60,529 nt of DNA from the NCBI GenBank assembly GCA_964388035.1, contig CAYLZE010000019.1, positions 1 through 60,529 of the forward strand, in the 5' to 3' direction. Both the position numbers and the translations under genes were made by a program. Shown in pieces: positions 20,160 to 30,808 of the stretch (its first letter is position 1; each line of letters begins with the position of its first letter). Under the pieces are notes generated by a model. That model searched no databases. It saw nothing but the letters and a program-made list of their open reading frames with translations, and was not told where the DNA came from. The DNA is from an uncultured archaeon (GTDB lineage: Archaea; Asgardarchaeota; Lokiarchaeia; Sigyniarchaeales; SOKP01).

Positions 20160-20380
20160 TTGTCATCAGTATCTTCTAAAATGAGATTCTTCATGGATCC
20201 CTGATCCTCTTTAACTACGATTTCAGTAGCGCTTGCCTCCATGGCCCATTCAATCGCTGTATTTACATCTTTAGTCAAAGAAAGCCCAAACCGCTCGTGA
20301 GCTCCAGTTACCGTAGAAACATCCTCCACTCTTACTCCTCCCATTGCACTTTCGATATCTACCGAATTATATACTTTCAC
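20160..20380 (-). pseudogene. Degenerate N-terminal fragment of an M55 (DppA-like) D-aminopeptidase
   Basis: VKVYNSVDIES...LTKDVNTAIEWAMEASATEIVVKEDQGSMKNL resembles the family pattern MK.YISvDmEG..T.evNAAieGA..aGAtev.VnDSHgsM.N; metal ligands altered, truncated. Confidence 0.65.
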
Positions 20381-20388
20381 AATCCTCT

Positions 20389-20483
20389 TTGGTGGAATAA
20401 GCGCAAATTTATAATTTCGGAGTTCATTATTATGTATCATCAAAATAACTTTAAGAACGGAGTGAAATTCAAAATGGGAGAAA
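20389..20483 (+). repeat. Duplicated promoter/leader block, copy 2
   Basis: Aligns with 18744-18837 through the ATG. Confidence 0.9.
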
Positions 20484-21607
20484 TATTATCGACTTTAACT
20501 ACCTCTCAAGAAGAAGAGCAACTGAAATATAAGAAGAAATTCATATTAGATTATCTCATCCCCGAAAGGGGAGGCATCTTAGGAAAGCTCGTACCGATCT
20601 ACATAGCCCTTATCTTTTTACTTTTTGGGTATGTTGCGGGAATTTTTAGCGATGTCACTACCTCTTTAGCGAAATATTCCTTTCTCTTTTGGGTCGTATT
20701 CATTACGGTGGGAATGTATGTTTTGTATTCTTTCGATAGAATCGCGATGCGAGTCGTCCACGAGGCAGAATTAAGATTTGATATTAAACCCGAATCTAAT
20801 GAACGACTTTTGCGTTTCGTATACGGTCCGGTGGGTATTATTATCTGGATCCTCATCACCCTTCCTTTTATTATTTATGATATCACGGGATTTGGTATTA
20901 CCGAGGAAGGCTGGCTGATCGATATCAGCTCTTTGGATAATACGTGGTATCCTGGGATTACCAATTATCCTAATGGAATTGGACTCAGTAGCATCCTATG
21001 GTTAGTAGTATGGGAAATCCCTTGGTTTTACATTTCAGCGTTAACGTGGTTATCCCTTGTCTACTTGATCTACGTGAATGTGGTCTTAAAAAATACCACC
21101 TGGAAAGGCGGAATCGAAGCAGTCATTAGACAAAACTTGTCGCGAAAATTTTTGGTCCATCTTTTCGCTCTTTACGTGCTTTTAGCACCCTACCTCGTGT
21201 TAAAGCTGATTTATCAAATTGTGTTTGAAATCTTAGGAGAAGCTATTTGGTGGAGCGATACTGTAGCAACCTTTTTATTATTTGCAGTTTTTTTCGTTGG
21301 GATGGTGTTTAGTCCATATATCATCACTAAAGATATTGAAGATGAAAAATTGAAGATGATAGATGACATTTCCAGCATTGAAGTGCGAGAGTTTGACGAG
21401 ACCGCAAAAAAGATACTAGCTGATGAGAACGTGGATTCTGCAACGATGGTCAAGGCCTTGGTGCTTCATCTTTATCAGGAAGAAATGATGGAAAAGTTAA
21501 CAAATAAATCGGGAAAGAGAGCTCTAATATTGAAGATTGCGCTTGCAGTCATAGGCCCCATTGCTTCTTATGGAATTAAATTCATTCTTCCTCTATTTGG
21601 GTTTTAA
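20474..21607 (+). CDS. Multi-pass membrane protein, unknown function
   Basis: Start reassigned to the ATG at 20474 (GGAGTGA RBS; equivalent to 18828 in the duplicated leader); about 7 TM segments. Confidence 0.8.
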   Translation: MGEILSTLTTSQEEEQLKYKKKFILDYLIPERGGILGKLVPIYIALIFLLFGYVAGIFSDVTTSLAKYSFLFWVVFITVGMYVLYSFDRIAMRVVHEAELRFDIKPESNERLLRFVYGPVGIIIWILITLPFIIYDITGFGITEEGWLIDISSLDNTWYPGITNYPNGIGLSSILWLVVWEIPWFYISALTWLSLVYLIYVNVVLKNTTWKGGIEAVIRQNLSRKFLVHLFALYVLLAPYLVLKLIYQIVFEILGEAIWWSDTVATFLLFAVFFVGMVFSPYIITKDIEDEKLKMIDDISSIEVREFDETAKKILADENVDSATMVKALVLHLYQEEMMEKLTNKSGKRALILKIALAVIGPIASYGIKFILPLFGF

Positions 21608-21783
21608 ATTTAGGGGCGAGACTCTTTTTTTTACTTTTCGCCTTTTTTTTTAACTTTTTTAATTGAACTTTATTTAAAATAACTGCATTTTTTTTAATTT
21701 AAATCCCAAAATCTTCCATGTTTAAATATTTCTTATATAACTAAGTAATACTTGGACAATGAAATTGGGTTCAGATCAAAATC

Positions 21784-22056
21784 ATGAAACTTAAGCTGAT
21801 CATAAAAAAAGAGAACCGATCCAAACGAGTTCAGCTTTTTCTTTGGGTTCAATATGCAAAAGAATTAAGAAACGATTTAGATCAAATTATTCAATTCTTT
21901 CACAAGGATATAAAGATCACTAAAAAGAGGAGATTTCATGAATACTATAAAATCACTTCTGATAATCCTGCTATTATCATCTCCCTCATGTCAACGCTTC
22001 AAGAAATTATCCCCGAAGTTTATTTTTCTGCGGAAAATCCATTGATTGCAAAATAA
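21784..22056 (+). CDS. Hypothetical protein
   Basis: 90-aa ORF with ATG and an upstream TATA-like element, in otherwise non-coding DNA. Confidence 0.6.
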   Translation: MKLKLIIKKENRSKRVQLFLWVQYAKELRNDLDQIIQFFHKDIKITKKRRFHEYYKITSDNPAIIISLMSTLQEIIPEVYFSAENPLIAK

Positions 22057-22274
22057 ATGCTCTTCCTCGAATGTTTAAAACGAATCCAAGATTTAAAATT
22101 CAAGCTAAATTTAATCTCCCAATCTAAATGTATTCTTTATCAAAATAAAATTTATTTTCAATCCATGCTTATTATTTTCATTAGTAAATTTAGATTTTCT
22201 TCCCATTATTAAAAAATAGAAAACTCAATGGAATAAATTGGAATAAATCCGTTAGACAAGAGATTTTTCTAAAA

Positions 22275-22377
22275 GGGAGGGTGGTCTAGCTTGGTATGAT
22301 CATGTAAAGGAGCTCCTTTACGTAATAAATCTTGGTTTGGGACCAAGGGGTCGAGGGTTCGAATCCCTCCCCTCCCA
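22275..22377 (+). tRNA. tRNA-Pro(UGG) with a ~29-nt intron at a non-canonical position (about 25/26)
   Basis: Acceptor GGGAGGG/CCCTCCC-A; D arm GTCTAGCTTGGTATGAT; anticodon arm CTTGG-TTTGGGA-CCAAG; T arm GAGGG-TTCGAAT-CCCTC; hairpin insert at 22301-22329. Confidence 0.92.
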
Positions 22378-22443
22378 TTAATTGGCTCATTAAACGGGTG
22401 ATATAGGCAAGTCATTTAAACATTCAGGTTGTTCTTATTGACG

Positions 22444-23031
22444 ATGAAAAAAGTTATCTTTTTACAAGCTATTGGGCAGTTAGATAGGCATATTTTAATA
22501 AAGCTAAAAAAAAACTTGGAATGGGTTTTAAAAGATTATGTGGATCGAGTAGAGATCTTATCAGGCATGGTTTCCTTAAATCCAAAAGAGTATGATGAGA
22601 CCCGAGGACAATATAATGCCTCAATTGTATTAAACCGAATTAAGAAAATGTTCTGTGAGACAGATAAATTCCGAATTTTAGGAATAACTGATAAGGACAT
22701 GTATGCATCCTATCTTAATTTCATATTTGGGATAGCGCGAAGTCGTAGAGGTTCTTTTATTAAACTTTCTACGCCCTGCATGGTCTCGATTACAAGATTA
22801 CGCGAAGATTTTTATCGTCGTTCGGAAAATGATTATTTATTAGAATTACGAACATTAAAAGAGTCAATTCACGAACTAGGACATACTTTTGGATTAGATC
22901 ATTGTGAAAATCATTGTGTCATGCAATTTTCAACTAGCATTTCCTATGCAGATGAAAAACCAGTCAGGTTTTGTTCTGATTGTTTGGAAGATTTAGATAC
23001 GAATTTTAATGCGTATATCAATTTTGCATGA
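22444..23031 (+). CDS. amzA: Archaemetzincin Zn metalloprotease
   Basis: RGQYNA, LNFIFGIA, HELGHTFGLDHC...CVM...FC..C. Confidence 0.9.
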   Translation: MKKVIFLQAIGQLDRHILIKLKKNLEWVLKDYVDRVEILSGMVSLNPKEYDETRGQYNASIVLNRIKKMFCETDKFRILGITDKDMYASYLNFIFGIARSRRGSFIKLSTPCMVSITRLREDFYRRSENDYLLELRTLKESIHELGHTFGLDHCENHCVMQFSTSISYADEKPVRFCSDCLEDLDTNFNAYINFA

Positions 23032-24042
23032 TTAATAGTACTGTTTGTATTTATCATGTAGTAGTTCCGCAGTTTGGAGAATATCTTTTTCATTTTTAAC
23101 CATATTCGCCAATTTTTTAGGAATCCCATCGAAACCGGCATAAGCTCCTACTAATGCACCTCCGATAGCACCTACCGTATCGGTATCTCCTCCCGATGTG
23201 ATTAATTCTTGGATACACTCTTGAAATGTTGATTTAAATTTCATAAAGAGGAATAAGGAACAAGCCACGGTGCTCATGGAATAGGGATGAACAAACGCTT
23301 TCCCCATGTACTCCTCTATAAAATAGGGCGTTTTTACCCCTGATTGTGAATACTTTATTAATCCCGATTCGACGGGCAAATCTAAATTCTTTTCAACGTC
23401 TTTTATCAAGTTAACGAACTCATCAGCAAATTCATTTTGAGCATATTGTATAGATTTGATCAACCCATCAATAAAATCTTTAGTGGAGAATCCATTTTTA
23501 GGGTTAACATTCACCAGAAAAGCGATAGCTCGACCAATTATGACCGAGCCATATTCCGCTGCGGGGTGATTATGAGTGAGTTTTGTTGCTTTGATGATCG
23601 CATTTTTTAATTCAATAGGGGACTCGTTATAGAATAACGCGAGGGGGATGCTTCTCATGATGGCGCCATTTCCTCCCGAATTTGATGCTGCTTGTTCCCA
23701 GGGAACACCGAGTTTTAATCGTTGAACACTTCTAATTGTTCCATATCCGGGCTTAATCGGAGGATCGTCCAACCATTTAATCAATTCCCTAACCAACTTC
23801 TTGATATTAAATCCATCTCCATTTATTAAAGCTTGAGCGACGTGCAGAGTGAGTTGGGTATCATCCGTATAGGTACTAAATAATTTTTTTTTTTTAATAA
23901 TTAATTGTTCAAAATTAGAAAATTGGGTTAGAATATGCCTTCTGGTCTGTCCTTCAAAAGGTTGTCCGAGAGTATCTCCAATTGCTCCCCCTAATATCGC
24001 CCCTTTAAATTTATCCAAAGTATCGAATTTCATTCTCATCAA
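23032..24042 (-). CDS. ADP-ribosylglycohydrolase (DraG/ARH family)
   Basis: GAIGDTLG, YTDDT, GNGAIMR, THNHP, GGDTDTVGAIGG. Confidence 0.93.
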   Translation of the reverse strand: MMRMKFDTLDKFKGAILGGAIGDTLGQPFEGQTRRHILTQFSNFEQLIIKKKKLFSTYTDDTQLTLHVAQALINGDGFNIKKLVRELIKWLDDPPIKPGYGTIRSVQRLKLGVPWEQAASNSGGNGAIMRSIPLALFYNESPIELKNAIIKATKLTHNHPAAEYGSVIIGRAIAFLVNVNPKNGFSTKDFIDGLIKSIQYAQNEFADEFVNLIKDVEKNLDLPVESGLIKYSQSGVKTPYFIEEYMGKAFVHPYSMSTVACSLFLFMKFKSTFQECIQELITSGGDTDTVGAIGGALVGAYAGFDGIPKKLANMVKNEKDILQTAELLHDKYKQYY

Positions 24043-24237
24043 GGAAAATGGCTTCTGTATTTAAACTATTTTGATTTTTTTAATTTAATAATCCTATATA
24101 TAGGGTGATAAGTTTTAATTCATGAAATATCATCGGTTCGTTTAAAAAAGGTTTTTTCCATAAATCTTGTATTTACAGATAAAGCCTCAAAAATTTTCGA
24201 GAGAAGTAGAATCTTCTCAAATCAACACAAGAAAACT

Positions 24238-24621
24238 TCAAATCGAATTTTGGAGAGTATTTGTAGAAGCAACTTCCTTAATCTTATTAATTAATTTATC
24301 CAATCTAAAGGGTTTTTCGATGAAATCATAAATTCCTAATTCTAAGGCTTCTTCTTTTATTTTTTTATCAGCGCTCACAAAGATTATTTTCGAACTCGGG
24401 TCATGAGCTAATATTTCTCGTGAAGCCTCAATTCCATTTTTCACGGGCATCCGATGATCCATTAAGATAATATCGGGTTTCTTATTGAAAGCCTTGTACA
24501 TTTTCACGGCTTCCAATCCATTATTAGCGATTCCTATGATTTCAAATCCGATTAATTTCAACATTTTATCATAGAGAATCTGTAGGGATTTATCATCTTC
24601 CACGATAAAAACCGATGTCAA
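24238..24621 (-). CDS. Stand-alone response regulator receiver (CheY-like)
   Basis: IVEDD, ILMDHRMP, FVSA, EKPF. Confidence 0.92.
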   Translation of the reverse strand: MTSVFIVEDDKSLQILYDKMLKLIGFEIIGIANNGLEAVKMYKAFNKKPDIILMDHRMPVKNGIEASREILAHDPSSKIIFVSADKKIKEEALELGIYDFIEKPFRLDKLINKIKEVASTNTLQNSI

Positions 24622-25026
24622 ATAAGTAAACCCTCCATTATCTTACCATCATATTTTAAAATTAAAAATTATCTAAACTAATTTTCTTAATAAAACCGTT
24701 AAATATAGTAATGCTAATTTAGACACGTTGGAAAAAAAATCCTTGATTTATTAATTGATATGAATGCAATGCATAAGATAATTTTTTATAAAAAACTTAA
24801 CTATTCTATTTTTAACATCGCAAAGAATTTCGTTTTTAATGAATATTCATTCAACTTACTCTCACTCAAGCTGGTTGAATGTGAGCAGGATACTTTTATT
24901 TTTTATCGAATAAAAGATGAGAAGAACTTAAGAATTAACCATAAAATATAATTTAAGACAAGTATTATTTTCCACAGAAAAGTATCATGATAGAGGTTAA
25001 TTGATTATAAAAAAAGTGAAGATACA

Positions 25027-26277
25027 ATGAGTTTAGGGCCGAAAAGTAAAAATTATGAGAAGATCTTGTTAATGTATTCGGGAGGCTTAGATACTTCGTG
25101 CATGGTACGATGGTTACAAGAGACCTACAATGCCAAAATATATACCTTTACTGCTGATCTTGGGCAGGAATTTGCAGATCCGAAGAGATTTCAGGAAATT
25201 GAAGAAAAAGCTTATAAGCTAGGAGCTGTTAAACACTTTACCGTGGATTTGAAGGATGTTTTTTTTGATGAATATATTGTTCCTACAATTAAAGCAAATG
25301 GCTTATATCAAGGAATTTATCCATTAAGCACGGCTGTAGGTCGTCCTCTAATTGCAATCGAGGCGGTAAAGATTGCCAAAAAGGAAGGTATTTCCGTGCT
25401 AGCTCATGGTTGTACGGGAAAAGGAAATGATCAGATTAGGATCAATATTACTGCAAAAGCTCATGCCCCAGAGATGGAAACATTACAACCGTTAATTGAA
25501 TGGAACATGGGACGAGATGAAGAACTAAAATATGCCGAACAACATGGCATTCCAATTAAAAATCAAAATAAGAAATACAGCACGGACGAGAATATCTTTG
25601 GAAGAAGCGCAGAATGTGATATATTGGAAGATCCGAGCGTGGAACCTCCAGAAGATTCAAGAGATTGGACCGTTGCTCCTGAAAAAGCTCCTGATACAGC
25701 CGAATATGTAACGATTAATTTTGAGCAAGGAATTCCCGTGGGATTAAACGGTGAAAAGATGAGAGGAATTGACCTCTTGAGAGAACTTCATGCTATAGGG
25801 TGCAAGCATGGGGTCGGGAGAATTGAACACATGGAAGATAGGGCAATTGGATTAAAATCTCGCGAGACCTATGAAGTTCCCGCAGCCTTGATTCTGATAA
25901 AAGCTCATAAAGATCTTGAAAAATATACCTGCACCAAACATGAAAATTCTTTTAAAACGATCGTGGATCAAAGATGGACCGAGTTAGTATATGAGGGGTT
26001 ATGGGTCGATCCTCTCCGAGATGCATTAGAAGCGTTCATAAATGAAGTTAATCAAAAAGTCACGGGAAGTGTGAAAGTTAAATTGTTTAAGGGAGGTGCT
26101 AACGTCGTAGCACGTGAATCTCCATATGGGTTATATGATTTGAATTTAGCCACGTATGATACTAAAAGTTCTTTTAACCAAAAATTTAGTTATGGTTTTA
26201 TCCCTATTTGGGGACTACAGAGTGAAATGGGCTATAATTTAAAGCAAAAAATCCACCAAAAGGAAAAGAAAGAGTAA
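25027..26277 (+). CDS. argG: Argininosuccinate synthase
   Basis: YSGGLDTS, HGCTGKGNDQ, GLKSRETYE. Confidence 0.96.
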   Translation: MSLGPKSKNYEKILLMYSGGLDTSCMVRWLQETYNAKIYTFTADLGQEFADPKRFQEIEEKAYKLGAVKHFTVDLKDVFFDEYIVPTIKANGLYQGIYPLSTAVGRPLIAIEAVKIAKKEGISVLAHGCTGKGNDQIRINITAKAHAPEMETLQPLIEWNMGRDEELKYAEQHGIPIKNQNKKYSTDENIFGRSAECDILEDPSVEPPEDSRDWTVAPEKAPDTAEYVTINFEQGIPVGLNGEKMRGIDLLRELHAIGCKHGVGRIEHMEDRAIGLKSRETYEVPAALILIKAHKDLEKYTCTKHENSFKTIVDQRWTELVYEGLWVDPLRDALEAFINEVNQKVTGSVKVKLFKGGANVVARESPYGLYDLNLATYDTKSSFNQKFSYGFIPIWGLQSEMGYNLKQKIHQKEKKE

Positions 26278-26377
26278 TCAGTTTCCCTCTCTTTATTTTT
26301 AAAAGTTAAAAATTCAAAAGGGATAATTCCCAATTTAATTTTTAAGCAATAAATTACTTAGAATGTAATAGATCATA

Positions 26378-27280
26378 ATGTCGAAATTAAACAAAATAAA
26401 AAATGCGGTCATTACTGCTTTAATTACCCCATTTAAGGAAGATTTCTCATTAGATGAAGCAAAATATCGTGAATTTGTAAGATTCCAAGTTGAACATGGC
26501 TGCCAACTTTTAAGCATGGGTACAACTGGTGAGAGCCCCACGTTATCACACGAAGAGCATCATGTTGCAATAGAAATTACTATAGATGAAGCAAAAAAAA
26601 CAGGGAAAAATCCATTTGTATTAGCAGGAACGGGAAGTAACTCGACGAAAGAAGCAATAAGTTTGAGCCAGTATGCGGAAAAAGCCGGTGCAGATGGGTT
26701 ACTTCTGGTAGTTCCATATTATAATAAGCCCGATCAACATTCTCTCATCGATCATTTTTCTGCGATTGCAGATGCCGTTTCGCTCCCAATTATTCTCTAC
26801 AATGTTCCGAGCAGGACGGTAAGAAATATTGATGTAGATACCGTGATTACTCTTGCCAACAAAAAAGACAACATCGTTGGCATTAAGGAAGCCAGTGGAA
26901 ATATCGATCAGATCACGGGAGTTATTAAAGGGACTCCCGATGATTTTCTTGTCTTGAGTGGCGACGATGGAATGACCTATCATTTAATGGCATTAGGAGG
27001 AGTAGGGGTTATCAGCGTTGCTTCAAATATCATTCCTTCTAAAATAGTAGAGTTCGTTAATACAATGGCACAAGGAAATTGGAATGAGGCTCGAAAGATG
27101 CAAATGGAATTATACGAACTTTTTAAAGTGTTGTTTGTTGAGGCAAACCCTGGTCCTGTAAAGTATGCAGCAGAGCGCATGGGAATCATGAGCAGGAGGA
27201 TGCGTTTACCCTTGAGTCCCCCGATTGAGGGAAATAGGGCTAAAATAGATAAAGTGTTACAAAGTTTAGACTTAATTTAG
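26378..27280 (+). CDS. dapA: 4-hydroxy-tetrahydrodipicolinate synthase
   Basis: GTTGESPTL, PYYNKP, LYNVPSRT, GIKEASG, SGDD. Confidence 0.96.
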   Translation: MSKLNKIKNAVITALITPFKEDFSLDEAKYREFVRFQVEHGCQLLSMGTTGESPTLSHEEHHVAIEITIDEAKKTGKNPFVLAGTGSNSTKEAISLSQYAEKAGADGLLLVVPYYNKPDQHSLIDHFSAIADAVSLPIILYNVPSRTVRNIDVDTVITLANKKDNIVGIKEASGNIDQITGVIKGTPDDFLVLSGDDGMTYHLMALGGVGVISVASNIIPSKIVEFVNTMAQGNWNEARKMQMELYELFKVLFVEANPGPVKYAAERMGIMSRRMRLPLSPPIEGNRAKIDKVLQSLDLI

Positions 27281-27305
27281 ATTAAATCCAAAGGAGAGTT
27301 GAATC

Positions 27306-28127
27306 TTGCTTCGATTATTAATTTTCGGTCCAACTGGGTCCATGGGCCATTTAATAAGTAGCTTGGCATTGGAGGATGAGGAAATTAACGTGGTAGCCGC
27401 TTGTGACATCGCACAAGTTGGAGAAGATTTAGGAAGTATCGTCGGAAAAAAAAATCCTAATGGTGTTAAAATAACACACGTGGACGTGTTAGAAGAAACC
27501 CTCAAGGCTACCAGACCAGATATCATGGTAGACTTTACTGTAGCTCCTGCAACCGAGCAAAACACTAGAATATGCTTGCAAAATAGGGTTAAATGTGTTA
27601 TTGGAACAACGGGATTAAGTGAGAAATTTATAAAGGATGTAAAAGATTTAGTAGAAAAACAGCACTCAGCCTGCGTTATTGCTTCAAATATGGCAACCGG
27701 AATGAATGTATTTATCAAGATTGCCTCTATACTCACAAAATATTTATCAGATTGGGATATTGAGATTATTGAAGCCCATCATAATCGTAAGATCGATTCT
27801 CCCAGTGGGACGGCCATTACCATAGGAAAAGTAATTTCTGATGCTTTAGGAGTTAATTTTGATGAAGTTTCTAAATTCGGGAGGAATATGGGTCCAAATA
27901 AGCGAAAAATAGGGGCGAAAAATGAAATTGGAATCCACTCTATTCGAGCAGGAGATATTGTTGGAGATCATGTGGTTTTATATGCCGGACCAGGAGAACG
28001 TATAGAATTGAAACACCAAGCACATAGCAGAAACTGTTTTGCAACTGGTGCCATCAAAGCTATCAAGTTTTTAATGAATGCAAAAGAAAGTAAAATTTAT
28101 GATATTAGCGAGGTATTAGGTATATAA
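27306..28127 (+). CDS. dapB: 4-hydroxy-tetrahydrodipicolinate reductase
   Basis: DFT, IGTTG, EAHHNRKIDSPSGTA, RAGDIVGDH. Confidence 0.96.
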   Translation: MLRLLIFGPTGSMGHLISSLALEDEEINVVAACDIAQVGEDLGSIVGKKNPNGVKITHVDVLEETLKATRPDIMVDFTVAPATEQNTRICLQNRVKCVIGTTGLSEKFIKDVKDLVEKQHSACVIASNMATGMNVFIKIASILTKYLSDWDIEIIEAHHNRKIDSPSGTAITIGKVISDALGVNFDEVSKFGRNMGPNKRKIGAKNEIGIHSIRAGDIVGDHVVLYAGPGERIELKHQAHSRNCFATGAIKAIKFLMNAKESKIYDISEVLGI

Positions 28128-28368
28128 ATTGTGGCTTTTTTTAATTCAAATTCTTTTTTTTAAAATAATTTCAAGAAATTGAATGAGATAAAATTATAAA
28201 ATTGTCAGAGCAGATCAGTATTATCATCAATCTTTTACAGATTTCATAATGCCAACTCTTCATGAACGATATTAAAGGGTATCAAGCTTTAATAGGGTCC
28301 CTTTATAATTTTATCTCAATAGAAGTAAAAGTTCCAAAGTTTAAAGTTTTTTTGTTAAAATCCCTATT

Positions 28369-29235
28369 TCATAATTCTATCCGCTCAATAACGCCTTTGA
28401 ATACGCGAATGGCCGGTCCTTCCATGAGGACAGTTTTTCCAGTATAGGTGATCAATAGATCTCCTCCATCATTATGCATGATAATGGGATGATTTTCTTT
28501 TAAAGATCCTGATATTGTCCCCGCAACCACAGCGGCACAAGTACCCGTACCACAAGATTTAGTAATTCCCACTCCTCTTTCAAACACTCTCAAAATAGCT
28601 TCCGTATCAGAAAGAATTTGAACAAATTCAACATTTGTCTTGCTTGGAAATCTCACATGAGACTCGATTAAAGACCCATATTTAATCAAATCGTTATCAG
28701 TCAACTGCTCATTTATAAAAATTATAGCATGAGGGTTGCCCATGGAAACAGCGGAGAAATTAAAAACTTTATCCAATATTGGGATTTTTTCATTGATGCA
28801 TTGAAAAGAATCATCAGGGGTAATAACGGGAATCTCAGCACAATCCAATATCGGCGCACCCATATCAATCTGAACGCTGGATACTTCACCCTCATTTATC
28901 GTTAATTTAGCTGTTTGAATTCCCTTTAGCGTTTCGATACTCATTTCTTCCTTCTTGACAATGCCTTGTTCATAAACATATTTAGCAAAACAGCGAATTC
29001 CATTTCCGCACATTTCCGCTTCCGAACCATCATTATTAAATATGCGCATCTTAATGTCTGCATTAACAGATGAATTCACATAAATTAATCCGTCAGCTCC
29101 GATGGAAAAATGGATTTCACATAGTTTTCGTGCTAAATCCGATTTAAAATTCTCTGGAATTCCATATTCAATATCATTAATTAGAATGTAGTCATTCCCA
29201 AGACCATGAAATTTTTCGAATGCAAGATTTTTCAT
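28369..29235 (-). CDS. dapF: Diaminopimelate epimerase
   Basis: KFHGLGND, EMCGNG, MGNPH, ERGVG.T.SCGTG; start set at MKNLAF. Confidence 0.95.
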   Translation of the reverse strand: MKNLAFEKFHGLGNDYILINDIEYGIPENFKSDLARKLCEIHFSIGADGLIYVNSSVNADIKMRIFNNDGSEAEMCGNGIRCFAKYVYEQGIVKKEEMSIETLKGIQTAKLTINEGEVSSVQIDMGAPILDCAEIPVITPDDSFQCINEKIPILDKVFNFSAVSMGNPHAIIFINEQLTDNDLIKYGSLIESHVRFPSKTNVEFVQILSDTEAILRVFERGVGITKSCGTGTCAAVVAGTISGSLKENHPIIMHNDGGDLLITYTGKTVLMEGPAIRVFKGVIERIEL

Positions 29236-29485
29236 ATTAATAGAATCCAATATCCCATTCACTTGAAGTAAGAAAGTATCTATTTGATAGATAGTAATTA
29301 TTAAGAATCCATTAAAAATCATTCAATTTTCAAATAAAAGAAAACAAAATTTAAAAGAATATTCCTTTATTATTTGTTGTTCTAATGAAATAAAAGAATG
29401 TGTGGACGTTCTCATGTAATTTTTATCTTGTATTAACCATTTTTTATCATGTTAGAAATCATAAAAAAAAATTAGTTGAAAAATA

Positions 29486-30808
29486 ATGGGTTATACTATC
29501 ACCGAAAAGATTCTAAGAGCTCACTGTGAGGATTCTAAGGTGAGTGCGGGAGATTATATCTTAGTAAATGTAGACAAATGTCTTGCAAATGATATCACTG
29601 CTCCGATCGCCATAGACGTGTTTAATAAAATTACTGAAGGAACGGGAAAAGATGTGTTTGACAGGCAAAAAATAATCCTAACTCCCGATCACTTCACTCC
29701 AAATAAAGATGTTGCTTCAGCAGACCAGTGTAAAATCCTCCGAGATTTTGTTTACAAGCATGAAATTCTGAATTATTTTGAGGTGGGTCAGGTAGGAATT
29801 GAGCATTGTCTTATTCCGGAACAAGGTTTGGTTTCTCCCGGGGATGTCTTTATTGGAGCCGATTCTCATACTTGCACGTATGGTGCATTAGGTGCCTTTG
29901 CAACTGGGGTGGGTTCTACCGATTTAGGATTTGCCATGGCACTAGGACAATGTTGGTTCAAAATCCCAGAATCCATTAAATTCAACTATACAGGAAGCCT
30001 TCATAAATGGGTAGGAGGAAAAGATTTAATATTATACACGATTGGTCAGATTGGAGTGGATGGAGCGACATATAAAGCGATGGAGTTCACAGGAGAATTA
30101 ATACAGCAGCTTTCCATGTCAAATCGATTTACCATGTGCAACATGGCGGTAGAAGCGGGAGCAAAGAACGGTATCATCACTCCCGATGAAATTACAAAAA
30201 ACTATTTAACATCGGTTGGGAATTCTAAATATAGATTTTATGAAAGCGACCCCGATGCAGAGTATTCTAAAGTGATCGAAATCGATTGTAATCATATTGA
30301 ACCCCAAGTTGCCATGCCCCATTTACCAGAAAATGCAAAACCCATTTCCGAAGTGGAAGGCTTAAAAATTAGGATAGATCAAGCAGTAATCGGCTCTTGT
30401 ACCAATGGACGATTAGAAGATTTGAGAAATGCTGCCCAAATAATTAAGAATAATAAAATCAACGAGAAAGTTAGGTGCATCATTATTCCTGGAACACCAC
30501 AGATTTATCTCCAAGCCTTGAGAGAGGGATTGATAGAATTGTTTTTGAATGCTGGGGCGATTGTATCCACCCCCACATGTGGTCCGTGCTTAGGGGGATT
30601 CATGGGTATTTTAGCGGAAGGGGAAAAAGCTATTTCCACTACGAATCGGAATTTCATCGGACGAATGGGGCACGTGAAGAGTGAGGTATATCTATCGAAT
30701 CCTGTCGTTGCTGCAGCTTCCGCAATAAAAGGATATATTTGCTCCCCAAGTCAAATCATTAAGAAAGGAGAGAGAACTGAAATTTCAGATGGAGGAAAAA
30801 AGCCATGA
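29486..30808 (+). CDS. leuC: 3-isopropylmalate dehydratase / homoaconitase-family large subunit
   Basis: [27 protein letters not shown]. Confidence 0.9.
   Translation: MGYTITEKILRAHCEDSKVSAGDYILVNVDKCLANDITAPIAIDVFNKITEGTGKDVFDRQKIILTPDHFTPNKDVASADQCKILRDFVYKHEILNYFEVGQVGIEHCLIPEQGLVSPGDVFIGADSHTCTYGALGAFATGVGSTDLGFAMALGQCWFKIPESIKFNYTGSLHKWVGGKDLILYTIGQIGVDGATYKAMEFTGELIQQLSMSNRFTMCNMAVEAGAKNGIITPDEITKNYLTSVGNSKYRFYESDPDAEYSKVIEIDCNHIEPQVAMPHLPENAKPISEVEGLKIRIDQAVIGSCTNGRLEDLRNAAQIIKNNKINEKVRCIIIPGTPQIYLQALREGLIELFLNAGAIVSTPTCGPCLGGFMGILAEGEKAISTTNRNFIGRMGHVKSEVYLSNPVVAAASAIKGYICSPSQIIKKGERTEISDGGKKP

Noticed and set aside
20297-20473. 59-aa N-terminal extension of the second membrane protein in the ORF track
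   Set aside because: It runs through the duplicated promoter and the antisense M55 relic; the ATG at 20474 has an RBS.
22275-24042. tRNA-anchored genomic island
   Set aside because: No integrase and no second copy of the tRNA 3' end was seen; the neighbours are ordinary archaeal genes.
24760-24951. Short intergenic ORFs (also 28262-28447)
   Set aside because: AT-rich, with no motifs or RBS; consistent with chance.
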